From Leptospiraceae bacterium (GTDB lineage Bacteria > Spirochaetota > Leptospiria > Leptospirales > Leptonemataceae), in assembly GCA_040217195.1 (NCBI GenBank), contig JAVJNR010000004.1, forward strand, positions 736,001 to 800,000: 64,000 bases of DNA, in the 5' to 3' direction. The notes beneath the pieces were generated by a model that was not told the DNA's origin, did no database searches, and saw only the letters and a program-made list of their open reading frames with translations. Positions within the stretch are counted from its first letter, which is position 1; each line of letters begins with the position of its first letter. The translations under genes were made by a program, and so were the position numbers. This document shows positions 31,331-41,014 of the stretch, piece by piece.

Positions 31331-32722
31331 ATGATGGAAGATAAATCCAGAGTTAAACTGAAGCCGGCCATGGATGCTCTGGCCCAGGCACATCCATCCC
31401 ATGAATCGGAAATTCTAGATTTGCATGGCTGGTTGCTAAATTCCCAGGCCCAGGAAAGGCACAGGATGAATGCGTACAGAGTTTCGCAGTCAACCTCCAT
31501 CCCGGTACGCAATTTGATCCGTATTTTTCTATGGGGCACCCAGAAATCCGTATTTGAATTACACTGGCAGCAGCATTGCCCCCATTGCAACATGATCACC
31601 GCAGAATACGATTCCCTGAGCGCAACATCCGGAGAATCCTATTGTAAAATGTGCGATGTAGAATTCACTGTAGATTTCAAGGAACGGGTTGAGGTTACTT
31701 TTTCATTGCATCCATCTATAGAAGAGCTGGAGATTCCCCCCTATTGCTTACCTCCTAAATCCCTAAAACCAGTCGCTCAGCTTTCTATGGCCCAGGGAGA
31801 AATCGAGGAAGCCGAATTTACTGTAGCGCCGGGGGTTTACAGGTATTACTGCCCTATCACCATGTCCATGGGTAAAATGCATGTAGATTCCGATAGTACT
31901 GGCGAAAGCGAACTAAGTATTTCACAACTGGAAAACAGTACTTTTGATCCACCAGAGATTAGAATTCCTGCAGGTCAGGTTCATCTAAGAGCAGAAAACG
32001 AAACGGTTCCCATCAGTGGACTTATAATCCATGAAGATCGCCTGGAAGATCCCATTCCATTTGAAAGCCTGGATTTACATCTGAGCGGACTGGAAATCAT
32101 CCATTATCCGGAGTTCCGGGAGATTTTTGGAAACGATGCACTTTCGCAAAGAGAAAAGATGACCATTTCCGGAGTTGCTATTCTTTTTACTGATATTACT
32201 GGAAGCACTCGCATGTATGAAAAACTGGGCGATGTGCAGGCCTATAATATTGTCCGTGACCATTTCCAGATTCTAATTCAATCCGTGCAGAACCATGGAG
32301 GCACCATTATCAAGACCATAGGCGATGCAGTGATGGCCTCATTCATTAGTGCAGACTCCGCATTTCTTTCTATATTCGATGCACTGGAACGATTCAAGCA
32401 TTACAATGAGAAGAAGGAGATGGATCAGAAAGTAAACCTGAAGATTGGAATCCATTCTGGACCTGCCATCCTTGTAAACCTGAATGAAAGTCTGGACTAT
32501 TTCGGAAGTACTGTAAATAAAGCAGCCCGCATTCAAAGTCTGGCTGCCAGTCAACAAATAGCATTCTCCGAAGAAGTGCTTCAGGCTCCGGGAACCAGGA
32601 AGATGCTTCTGGACCATGGAACCCGGAAACTCAAGCGAAAACAGGCTTCCTTAAAAGGTCTTTCAGGAAGCCACCCTGTATATTTCCTTTCTATCGCCGA
32701 CGAGGTTCCACCGGCCGCTTGA
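31331..32722 (+). CDS. Soluble class III adenylate/guanylate cyclase with DUF5939-type N-terminus
   Basis: CPHC...CKMC; LFTDITGST, KTIGDAVMA, KIGIH.G, DYFGSTVNKAARI. Confidence 0.92.
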   Translation: MMEDKSRVKLKPAMDALAQAHPSHESEILDLHGWLLNSQAQERHRMNAYRVSQSTSIPVRNLIRIFLWGTQKSVFELHWQQHCPHCNMITAEYDSLSATSGESYCKMCDVEFTVDFKERVEVTFSLHPSIEELEIPPYCLPPKSLKPVAQLSMAQGEIEEAEFTVAPGVYRYYCPITMSMGKMHVDSDSTGESELSISQLENSTFDPPEIRIPAGQVHLRAENETVPISGLIIHEDRLEDPIPFESLDLHLSGLEIIHYPEFREIFGNDALSQREKMTISGVAILFTDITGSTRMYEKLGDVQAYNIVRDHFQILIQSVQNHGGTIIKTIGDAVMASFISADSAFLSIFDALERFKHYNEKKEMDQKVNLKIGIHSGPAILVNLNESLDYFGSTVNKAARIQSLAASQQIAFSEEVLQAPGTRKMLLDHGTRKLKRKQASLKGLSGSHPVYFLSIADEVPPAA

Positions 32723-32799
32723 TGCGGTGCAGGCTCTGCTCAAGGCGTCCGATGTCTGAAGCGGCAACACCGGGCTATTTCGAATATCCAAATAAACGG

Positions 32800-33273
32800 T
32801 CAGGAATTCTTCATCAAAGCCACAAGTTGATCCAGCGCTTTGGCCCATCCATCGGCGAACCCCATTTCAGCATGCTTCTTTGCATTTTCGGGTCCGGAAT
32901 GCATGGCCACCGCACGATACAATGTACCTTGCTTTGTAGGTTCCAGGGTTAACCGCGCTGTCATAAATGGTTCTGCAGCCGGACGAAAGCCAGGCTCCAG
33001 TGTATCTGTAAATACCAGGCTTTTTTGCGGCACTACTTCCAGATAGCAGCCATTGCTGGGGAATTCCTCTCCTTCCGGTGAGCGCATCACAGTGCGAAAC
33101 ATTCCTCCCGGTCTCAGGTCTACTTCACAATCAGCCAGAGACCAGGGTTCCGGAACGAACCATTTCATTAGATGTTCCGGTTCTGTCCAGGCGGCCCAGA
33201 CCCGCTCCACCGGAACATTGATCTCTCGCTCAAGTACAAGATCCCTTTCTGGATCGAATTTTGCTATGCTCAT
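32800..33273 (-). CDS. SRPBCC/AHSA1 family protein
   Basis: [25 protein letters not shown]. Confidence 0.92.
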   Translation of the reverse strand: MSIAKFDPERDLVLEREINVPVERVWAAWTEPEHLMKWFVPEPWSLADCEVDLRPGGMFRTVMRSPEGEEFPSNGCYLEVVPQKSLVFTDTLEPGFRPAAEPFMTARLTLEPTKQGTLYRAVAMHSGPENAKKHAEMGFADGWAKALDQLVALMKNS

Positions 33274-33596
33274 TTTTTACCTTCCAACAAGTAATTATCC
33301 AGCTGGTTAAGCCTCTTTTCCCAGACCCTTTGCTGCGTTCCCAGCCAGCTTTCCAGGGGCCGCAGTCCGGATCGGTGCAATTTATAGATTCGAACACGAC
33401 CCTCCTTTCTGGATTCCACCAACCCCGCCTCTTCCAGCATCCGCATATGCTGCATGAATGATGGTAGTGCCAGCTGAAACGGAGCAGCCAGGTCGGAAAC
33501 GGAGGCCGGACCGGAGGTCAATTGTTTCAGCACCTGACGCCGGGTTCGATCCCCCAGCGCCTTAAATACCTGGTCCAGCTTTGCTGCATCGGCCAT
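33270..33596 (-). CDS. ArsR/SmtB-family transcriptional regulator
   Basis: [31 protein letters not shown] overlap with the SRPBCC gene. Confidence 0.93.
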   Translation of the reverse strand: MADAAKLDQVFKALGDRTRRQVLKQLTSGPASVSDLAAPFQLALPSFMQHMRMLEEAGLVESRKEGRVRIYKLHRSGLRPLESWLGTQQRVWEKRLNQLDNYLLEGKK

Positions 33597-33601
33597 GACC
33601 C

Positions 33602-33642
33602 ATTATTGAGCTGCTCAATACTTAGGTCAATACCTAAGTATT
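33602..33642 (-). promoter_or_regulatory. sigma70 promoter with overlapping 11-4-11 palindromic operator
   Basis: TTGACC-N17-AATAAT-N5-ATG; perfect inverted repeat AATACTTAGGT-caat-ACCTAAGTATT at 33617-33642. Confidence 0.8.
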
Positions 33643-33688
33643 ATTTTTTACGGATGCCGCAATTTAATTTAGTGTTTGAACCGAGGGC

Positions 33689-33813
33689 GAACTGAACTGA
33701 ACTGAACTGAACTGAACTGAACTGAACCGAACCGAACCGAACCGAACCGAACCGAACCGAACCGAACCGGACTGAGCTGAACCGAACTGAGATGAACTGA
33801 GATGAACTGAGAT
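33689..33813. repeat. Pentanucleotide microsatellite, 25 units: (GAACT)7(GAACC)9 then variants
   Basis: Read directly; tail GGACT GAGCT GAACC (GAACT GAGAT)3. Confidence 0.97.
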
Positions 33814-33915
33814 GAGAGAAATAAGCGGCCGGCTGACCCTCATAAGCACTCTGAAGATGATAGAAAAGTCCGGACTGGACTTTACACAGTGGAAGAGGAC
33901 TGCCTATTTAGAATT

Positions 33916-34344
33916 ATGTGGATGCAAACGGACATACAGTTAAAATCAAGAAATCGGGGATTTCATATTATTACCTCCGAAATTCAGAGAGCTTTGAACC
34001 AGCTCCAGGAAGAATCGAAACTGGAAATAGGACTGTGCCATCTATTCATTCATCATACCAGTGCATCTCTGAGCATAAATGAAAATGCCGATCCAGATGT
34101 AAGAGGTGATCTGGAAAGACACTTTTCTGTCCTGGCCCCTGAAAATGCAGCCCACTATGAGCATACTCTAGAAGGACCGGACGATATGCCAGCCCACATA
34201 AAGACAGTACTAATTGGCACTGGTCTCACTGTTCCAATGCGCAAGGGAAAGCTGATCCTGGGAACCTGGCAGGGGATCTATTTATGCGAACACCGCAATC
34301 ATGGCGGCTCCAGAACGGTTACCGTAACTCTAAATGGGCAGTGA
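33916..34344 (+). CDS. yjbQ: YjbQ/UPF0047 family protein
   Basis: HTSASL.INENADPDV, EGPDDMPAHIK, LGTWQGIYLCEHR. Confidence 0.93.
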   Translation: MWMQTDIQLKSRNRGFHIITSEIQRALNQLQEESKLEIGLCHLFIHHTSASLSINENADPDVRGDLERHFSVLAPENAAHYEHTLEGPDDMPAHIKTVLIGTGLTVPMRKGKLILGTWQGIYLCEHRNHGGSRTVTVTLNGQ

Positions 34345-34440
34345 TCTGGATTCCATGGTCGGCAAAGGAGGGATGGGCCGCTTTCGCCATTGCAAATATG
34401 ACGAAAGAAGCCTGGTCTTCTAATAATGCGATTCGCAGAT

Positions 34441-35658
34441 CTAACCAAAGAACCGGTGAGCCATGGATTTTTTGGTTTCATGCCATAGAATATGACTCAC
34501 TGCATGGAATGCTCCCAGAGAGTGATTCGTTTCTTTACCCCTGGAAAGTCGCCTGGAGATCTGGTAGGCATACCATCCGCCTTCGCTCATGAGCCCAAAA
34601 GCAGGACTGGGCTTAAGCTTCGGTAGTTCTACCTGCTCCAGGTTTCCAGAAAGAAAGTCCGATGCAAAGGTTTTGGATGTAAGGAAAGGCCTGGCCATTC
34701 CGATTAGATCCGTATCGCCGCTCTTAAGTGCTTCTTCGCAGAAGGAACGACTCCGGAATCCTCCGGTAATCATCAATGGAGTTTTAATTTGAGTTCTCAG
34801 TCTACGGGCAAAGTCCAGAAAGTAAGCTTCCCGTTTCTTTGTGCTTTCGCGAACGTTCTGGCCGTCATTCAATAGGAATGATGGATTTTCATAGTTACCG
34901 CCGGAAATCTCAAGTAAATCGATTCCTTCTTTTTCGAGCATCTTTGCCACGGCTTCGGAATCGTCCTGATCAAACCCTCCTTTTTGAAAATCTGCAGAGT
35001 TTAGTTTCACAGAAAGAGCTTTGCTCGGACCTATGGCCTTTCGCACCGCTCGCACAGCTTCCAGCAAAAACCTGGCTCGATTTTCCAGCGATCCTCCCCA
35101 TTCATCCTGACGCTGATTGGTTTTTGGAGATAGAAATTGGCTGAGCAAATAGCCATGGGCTGCATGAACCTGCACTCCATGAAAACCTGCCTCCATACAG
35201 AGCCCGGCCGTGGTGGCAAATCTCTGAATCAAATCCCTGATGCCCTGTTCTGTAAGCGGACGGGGCCGGCCATAAAGACCTTTTTCATGAAGTTGCACAT
35301 TGGATGCGGATACAGGACGCAAATTTACCAGCCTGGAAGTCTGGCGACCGGAATGGCTAATTTGAGCCCAGAAATGGGCGCCTCCAGACTTGGCCACACC
35401 GGTCCATTCGCGAAATCGATCCATGGCCCGATCATCTTCGAGCACAATGTTTCCGGCGGATTCCAGGGAATTGCGATCCACCATAATGTTACCGGAGATC
35501 ATAAGTCCTGGCCCGTTGTTGGCCCAGGACTTATATAGTTCCAGATGATACTTGTTCGGGTTATGGTCAGCGCCGGCCACACGCTCGGTCATGGCCGCTT
35601 TAACCAGACGATTGGGCAGAGTTTGCCCGCAGGGTAATTGTAGGGATTGCTCAAGCAT
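34441..35658 (-). CDS. NADH:flavin oxidoreductase (Old Yellow Enzyme family)
   Basis: NRLVKAAMTE, HAAHGYLLSQFLSP, DEWGGSLENR, KLNSADF. Confidence 0.93.
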   Translation of the reverse strand: MLEQSLQLPCGQTLPNRLVKAAMTERVAGADHNPNKYHLELYKSWANNGPGLMISGNIMVDRNSLESAGNIVLEDDRAMDRFREWTGVAKSGGAHFWAQISHSGRQTSRLVNLRPVSASNVQLHEKGLYGRPRPLTEQGIRDLIQRFATTAGLCMEAGFHGVQVHAAHGYLLSQFLSPKTNQRQDEWGGSLENRARFLLEAVRAVRKAIGPSKALSVKLNSADFQKGGFDQDDSEAVAKMLEKEGIDLLEISGGNYENPSFLLNDGQNVRESTKKREAYFLDFARRLRTQIKTPLMITGGFRSRSFCEEALKSGDTDLIGMARPFLTSKTFASDFLSGNLEQVELPKLKPSPAFGLMSEGGWYAYQISRRLSRGKETNHSLGAFHAVSHILWHETKKSMAHRFFG

Positions 35659-35712
35659 ACCTGTATTTGCTGAGTCCCCTCCCTGGTTCAAGGACTTTCG
35701 GGTACTGCAGTA

Positions 35713-37086
35713 CTATCGAAGAGCGGCCTGTCCTTTCCGGGCAAGATCGATGGCATTTCCCAGTACTCTGGCGGCCTCCTGCGGGGCATGAAACCCTGTG
35801 CTGTTCTCCGCTTCTACAAAGCCCAGAAGGAACTGGGATTTTCTCTGGAAGGAGCGAGCCAGTTCCAGTTTGCTTTCAGCTACACCCGATTTCTGTGCTT
35901 TTTCAATGTCATCGATTAGATCCATCAAAGCATCCATGGCCACGTTTCTTAGCTGCCAGTGAGTATCCTGGATGGTATCGATTCTCTTTCTGAGTTCCTC
36001 GGGCTCCAGGTTATGGCAGGTGCCGCAGGAAGCATCCACGTTCAAATAGGGACTTCTAACATGATGGTCCGACACTTTGGAGGCTCCTTCGCTCACATAG
36101 GGCATATGGCAGTCGGCGCAGGTTACTCCGCTTCGAGCATGGATCCCCTGACTGTACATTTCAAATTCCGGATGCTGTGCCTTCAGTGCAGGCGCACCGG
36201 TATCCTTATGAGTCCAGTCTTTGAATTTTATTTGCTCGTAATAGGATAGGATTTCATCGGCCTTTAGTCCATTGTCCCAGGGGTATGTCAGAGTTTTGCC
36301 TTTTCCATCGAAGTAGTATTCAACATGACATTGAGCGCAAACATAGGTTCGCATTTCTCGTCTGCTAGCATCTTCATTTACATTGTATCCGGAGATTCCT
36401 TCCCGTTTTTTCACTTTCTGGATTCCAATCATGAAAGCGGGTCGAGTCACTCGAAGACTCATATCGTCCGGGTTATGACAGTCAATACAGGCCACCGGAT
36501 GTTCGGCCATCTCAGCCACTTCTTTATAGGGCCTGGAGTTCATTTCATGAAAGCCTGCCATAATATCACCATCGCCCAGTTTCTTATAGATACTGTATGT
36601 GGATGCATGACAGTTTAAGCAAGTTCCTGGCTGTCCCACTTTTTGACGCAGAGTGTATAGCTGATCCGTGAGCATATAGCCATGCCCTCTTTCTTCGCGA
36701 AAGTCAATGCTGAATGCATAGCCAGCCCACATTCGCTTCAGTCTGGGATCTTCATCGATTTTTGACTGGGTCACAACGCTTCTCGGATCCGCCTGATCTG
36801 GAAGATGCGGCAATGCTTCCGATCCGCCATAGCGTGTACGTTCCATGTCGGTAGTTCTCATGTACATTTCGTAATGTAGAGGAAAGTTCCTGGCCCACAC
36901 TTCTGGATCATTGACGGAATCGTCCAGCTCGGCTACTTGAAAATATGGCTGTTTGGCCTCCTGCATCCTACCGGAAACATCTGCAATTAGAAATGCAATA
37001 ATGAGCCCTACCAGAAAACCTGCTGCCAGAAGCAGAATCAATCCTCGTTTTCCCAGACTCTCTATCCAGTTCAGTAATCCTTTCAT
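35713..37086 (-). CDS. nrfA: Ammonia-forming pentaheme cytochrome c nitrite reductase (c552)
   Basis: WAGYAFS..FREERGH; five heme motifs CLNCH, CIDCH, CAQCH, CADCH, CGTCH; CHVEYYF; KAQHPEFE; AENSTGFHAPQE. Confidence 0.93.
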   Translation of the reverse strand: MKGLLNWIESLGKRGLILLLAAGFLVGLIIAFLIADVSGRMQEAKQPYFQVAELDDSVNDPEVWARNFPLHYEMYMRTTDMERTRYGGSEALPHLPDQADPRSVVTQSKIDEDPRLKRMWAGYAFSIDFREERGHGYMLTDQLYTLRQKVGQPGTCLNCHASTYSIYKKLGDGDIMAGFHEMNSRPYKEVAEMAEHPVACIDCHNPDDMSLRVTRPAFMIGIQKVKKREGISGYNVNEDASRREMRTYVCAQCHVEYYFDGKGKTLTYPWDNGLKADEILSYYEQIKFKDWTHKDTGAPALKAQHPEFEMYSQGIHARSGVTCADCHMPYVSEGASKVSDHHVRSPYLNVDASCGTCHNLEPEELRKRIDTIQDTHWQLRNVAMDALMDLIDDIEKAQKSGVAESKLELARSFQRKSQFLLGFVEAENSTGFHAPQEAARVLGNAIDLARKGQAALR

Positions 37087-37544
37087 CGCATACTTCCTTC
37101 CGGATGACCCACATTGGAATGGCAACTCAAGCAACTATGCTCCTCCACCGCACCTTCCATGGAAGAAGGATGCGCGAAAACGTTGCCATGGCAGCCGATG
37201 CAGGCTTTTACCGTTACTTCTTTGTTCCTATCAGTGATTCGAATATTTTCCGGGAATCGCCCGGTGCTGAATGCCCAGGCATGGGCCACTCCATTCTGTG
37301 CCTTGGTCATATATTTGGCCAGGTTGCCTGGAGGGGTATGACAGCTATTGCAGGAGGTAAAGGAGCCATGTGAGCTCTTCATCCAGGCATTAAATTGAGG
37401 CTCCATAACATGGCAGTTGATGCATGCCTCGCTATTATCAGTGAGATAGGAATGCCCCTTCGCAAATACGAAAGTAAAGGTTCCCATCCCCAGGATAGTA
37501 CCCAGGGTACCAAGGAGCAGTATCCATTTTAGAGCCGGATGCAC
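37083..37544 (-). CDS. nrfH: Tetraheme NapC/NirT-family quinol dehydrogenase NrfH
   Basis: TM anchor; CINCHVM, CNSCH, CIGCH, CLSCH..VGH; GTG start after GAGG; ATGA overlap with nrfA. Confidence 0.92.
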   Translation of the reverse strand: MHPALKWILLLGTLGTILGMGTFTFVFAKGHSYLTDNSEACINCHVMEPQFNAWMKSSHGSFTSCNSCHTPPGNLAKYMTKAQNGVAHAWAFSTGRFPENIRITDRNKEVTVKACIGCHGNVFAHPSSMEGAVEEHSCLSCHSNVGHPEGSMR

Positions 37545-37843
37545 GGGGCAAACCTCACACTCTGTCCAGGGATTGAGCAAGTGTTTTTTCCTGAGCACCT
37601 TTTATTATTACAGAAGATGAGATTGGCTCTCATTGCAGAACCGTTCACCCATGGCTTAGCACATTGAACGACGCGGCCCAACCTTGCAGTCGTTCGGAAG
37701 CGATGGGTCCCGGCCTTCATTTGCATGGAGGTTCACAGATTTAATCAGGATGTACCGCCGGCAATCCTTCGCTGATACAAAAAGCGCCAAACGGTGAACC
37801 AAAGTAAAATGGACAAACCTGCTATGGACTTTAGAAATTGCTC

Positions 37844-38863
37844 ATGAACTCCTTCCCGGGAAAAAACCTGAGTCTACTCTGTGTTCCAACATTTAAGGCG
37901 CCCTGGCAGTATCTACTTTGCTTTTTATTGTTGTGTCAGACGATTTCGCTGAATGCGCAAACCTTGCAGCCGCTTCCGGAAATTAAGAGCTACGTTCTGG
38001 ATCAGACTTCTACTCTAACTCAGCCGCAGATAAAGAAGCTCAGCGAGATGCTTCAGGGGATCGAAGAAAAACATGGCAGCCAGGTCGTGCTGGTACTTCT
38101 GAAGACTACCAGGCCAGAAGCTATCGAGCAATACAGCATCCGTCTGGCGGAAAAAAATGGCATTGGTCGCAAAGATGCAGACGATGGAGTTCTGATTCTA
38201 TTTGCAAGAGAGGATCGTAAGATTCGCATCGAAGTGGGTTACGGTCTTGAGGGAAATATTCCGGATGCCACTGCCAACCGAATCATCGACCAGGAAATGA
38301 TTCCATCGTTCAAGACTGGAGACTTCTATTCCGGGCTTCGCAATGGAATCCAGGCTATTGAGCAGAAGATTGCAGCCGAACCAGTTGTAGCAACCGAAAC
38401 GGAAATCGCCACCGACGAAGGCCCGGATTACTGGTATCTGTTTTATGATTTTCTCTTTTATTGGTCCTGGATTTCCTACGGTATTGCAGGCTGCATTGGA
38501 TGGTATGCAGCCAAAAACAAGAAGTACACTTCGCTTCTGATTCTGGCACTCTTTGTTGGAATGCATCCACCGGTATTCTGGACTTTCCTGCAGGGCTTTT
38601 TTGTATTCAATCCATTTCTCTTCCGCTTCTTTATTTCGCTTTTCGCCTTCCATATTCCTTACTGGCTGGCCGGTGGCCGACCGCCCCGGTCCAGCCGTAG
38701 TGGAAGTAGTAGCAGTAGCAGTTCATACAGCCCGTCGTTTAGCAGCTTTTCCAGCTCAAGTTTTTCCAGTTCCTCCAGCTCAAGCTCCAGCAGCTCTAGT
38801 AGTTCCAGCTTTTCTGGAGGGGGTGGCTCATTTGGTGGCGGAGGTGCCTCAGGAAGCTGGTAG
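37844..38863 (+). CDS. TPM domain (YgcG/MOLO-1-like) membrane protein with Ser/Gly tail
   Basis: GIGRKD.DDGVL, IRIEVGYGLEG, FSGGGGSFGGGGASGSW. Confidence 0.93.
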   Translation: MNSFPGKNLSLLCVPTFKAPWQYLLCFLLLCQTISLNAQTLQPLPEIKSYVLDQTSTLTQPQIKKLSEMLQGIEEKHGSQVVLVLLKTTRPEAIEQYSIRLAEKNGIGRKDADDGVLILFAREDRKIRIEVGYGLEGNIPDATANRIIDQEMIPSFKTGDFYSGLRNGIQAIEQKIAAEPVVATETEIATDEGPDYWYLFYDFLFYWSWISYGIAGCIGWYAAKNKKYTSLLILALFVGMHPPVFWTFLQGFFVFNPFLFRFFISLFAFHIPYWLAGGRPPRSSRSGSSSSSSSYSPSFSSFSSSSFSSSSSSSSSSSSSSSFSGGGGSFGGGGASGSW

Positions 38864-39084
38864 CAATAAGCGGCGCGCAATACCAGATAAGGGCCAGAGC
38901 GAAAATGAAGCACTTTCAAATAAATAAGACGATCTATTAGAATGCAGGTTACTGTACAGAATATGAGATGCGAACCGGGAACACTTTATAGAATTACTAC
39001 CCCGGTTGCCACGAATCAGAGCAGACATCCCGATCCCGCCCATGAAAAAGGTTGATCGGCAGAGCCTGAAAGAAAGAAAAGATA

Positions 39085-40389
39085 ATGTCCATTCTCCGCA
39101 TCTATTCCGAGTCCGAGTTAAACCCGGAACTGCGAAAACAACTTCAAATGCGCGAAAGTGCTGAAGATACGGAGGCCTTAACTTCTGTACAATCCATTCT
39201 GGACGATGTGCGAAAACGAGGCATTGAGGCAGTCAGTAACTATTCCCGGAAATTTGACGGATTCTACCCGGAACCGGCTATTTGTACTGAGACAGAAATT
39301 GCGGAAGCAGACCAGCGCCTGGATCCAGAAATCAAGCAAGCCTTCACCGACGCAGCAGCCAATATTCGGACTTTCCATGACTTTCAAAGGGAACGGTTAC
39401 AGCCGGCCAGCACGAAAGTGGCCGGGGCCGAGCTGGGTTTTTTCTATACTCCGGTTGAGAATGTAGCTGTGTATGTACCCGGAGGAAAAGCCCAGTATCC
39501 ATCTTCTGTATTGATGGGAGTCATTCCAGCAGTGGCAGCTGGTGTTAAGAACATCCTTCTACTGAGCCCGGCCAACGACCAGGGAAAGCTGAACGATGTA
39601 GTGCTCTACTGTGCAAAAATGGCTGGCGCAACCACAGTTCTGAAGATTGGAGGAGCTCATGGAGTGGCCGCGGCTGCTTATGGACTGTACGCTCCTCCGG
39701 CTGAATTGATTGTTGGCCCTGGAAATCGTTACGTTACGGCGGCCAAAACATTGCTATCCGCCTCCGGGCGAATTCGCATAGATCAGCCCGCAGGCCCTTC
39801 CGAAGTTATAGTGATCGCCGATGAAAGTGCCAGCCCTGAATTTGTGGCCTCCGATATGCTCAGTCAGGCAGAGCATGGAGAGGATAGCCCGGCCATTCTA
39901 CTTACAACAAATCGCAAACTTGCAGAGGCCACTTCAAGAGAAATCGAAAAGGGGCTTTCGGAGCGGCCAGCCAGACGAGAAATGAAAGAGACCAGTATTC
40001 GCAAGCATTCCTACGCCATTGTATTCGAAACAATGGAAGAGGCCTTCCGTTTCTCCAATGAGTACGCTCCGGAGCACCTGGAAATCTGTACTGTAGATCC
40101 GCAGAAAGATCTGAAGAATGTCAGCGCAGCGGGAAGTGTCTTTCTCGGTCATTATGCTCCGGTAGCCCTGGGCGATTACTACAGCGGCACAAACCATGTG
40201 TTGCCTACCGGCGGAACCGGTCGAATGTACTCCGGCCTTGGTGTAGAAACCTACATGAAGCGGATTACCTATCAGCACCCTACCCGGGAAAGTCTGCGGG
40301 AAGCCTGGAAACCTATTCAGATAATGAGCCAGGTAGAAGGTCTGGAACATGAGCACGGACACAGCGTGGATGTGCGATTCCAGAAATAG
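39085..40389 (+). CDS. hisD: Histidinol dehydrogenase
   Basis: YVPGG..YPSS, GPGN.YV, AGPSE, SQAEH, APEHL, GDY.SGTNHVLPT. Confidence 0.97.
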   Translation: MSILRIYSESELNPELRKQLQMRESAEDTEALTSVQSILDDVRKRGIEAVSNYSRKFDGFYPEPAICTETEIAEADQRLDPEIKQAFTDAAANIRTFHDFQRERLQPASTKVAGAELGFFYTPVENVAVYVPGGKAQYPSSVLMGVIPAVAAGVKNILLLSPANDQGKLNDVVLYCAKMAGATTVLKIGGAHGVAAAAYGLYAPPAELIVGPGNRYVTAAKTLLSASGRIRIDQPAGPSEVIVIADESASPEFVASDMLSQAEHGEDSPAILLTTNRKLAEATSREIEKGLSERPARREMKETSIRKHSYAIVFETMEEAFRFSNEYAPEHLEICTVDPQKDLKNVSAAGSVFLGHYAPVALGDYYSGTNHVLPTGGTGRMYSGLGVETYMKRITYQHPTRESLREAWKPIQIMSQVEGLEHEHGHSVDVRFQK

Positions 40390-41014
40390 GTTTCGCCATC
40401 CCGGCAGCAAGCCCCGCATTGATCCCGGACTGAAAGAGTCTATCCCAGCATATCCCGGGAGTCCCACCCCTGATCCAGGGATTCAACACAAAGGCCCTGG
40501 ACGTTACACCGCAACCGGCAGAAGCCGAAGATTACATCATATAAAGAGGAAACCTTTCCTTCAAAGTTCCAGAGCCTGGGCTCTCTACCGCTATCCTATC
40601 CTCGGATGAAATATCCGTTACAGGATTGAATTAGATACTGTCTCCATTTTCGAGCCGCGAACGTTACACGCTCGCTTTTATTTTTTCACTTTGTAATTGA
40701 TGGAAGTGTTCTGTTTTCATACTCTGAAAGGGGTATATGTACCTCCCTACGGCCAGTGTAGTTCGGAAGATAAGTTCGGAAGATAACGCCCGGGTTCATC
40801 GTAATACAGCCGCATGGCTTTAAATCGGGGAGAGAAACGAATTTCAAGGTATGGCGATGGTTCTTGCTGTAAGCTCCAGGACAGGAATGGAAATAAAGTC
40901 CCTATCTGAACCTTCCGGAATTTTTGCATGCACTCGCGAGCATTTTCAATTTTTGATTGCCTGGTATTTTAATAAGTTTACTTTAAAACCCTCATGAGTT
41001 TATGGAGGAAGAAT

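Noticed and set aside
33664..33849. 61-aa ORF with SVRFG/SVQFS repeats
   Set aside because: By-product of translating the pentanucleotide microsatellite
38690..38860. Ser/Gly low-complexity tract as a novel repeat
   Set aside because: Normal C-terminal tail of TPM/YgcG proteins; the antisense Leu/Glu ORF is its shadow
40390..41014. c-di-GMP riboswitch or sRNA in the long intergenic region upstream of the EAL gene
   Set aside because: No recognisable GEMM consensus or convincing terminator by eye; an Infernal/Rfam scan would settle it
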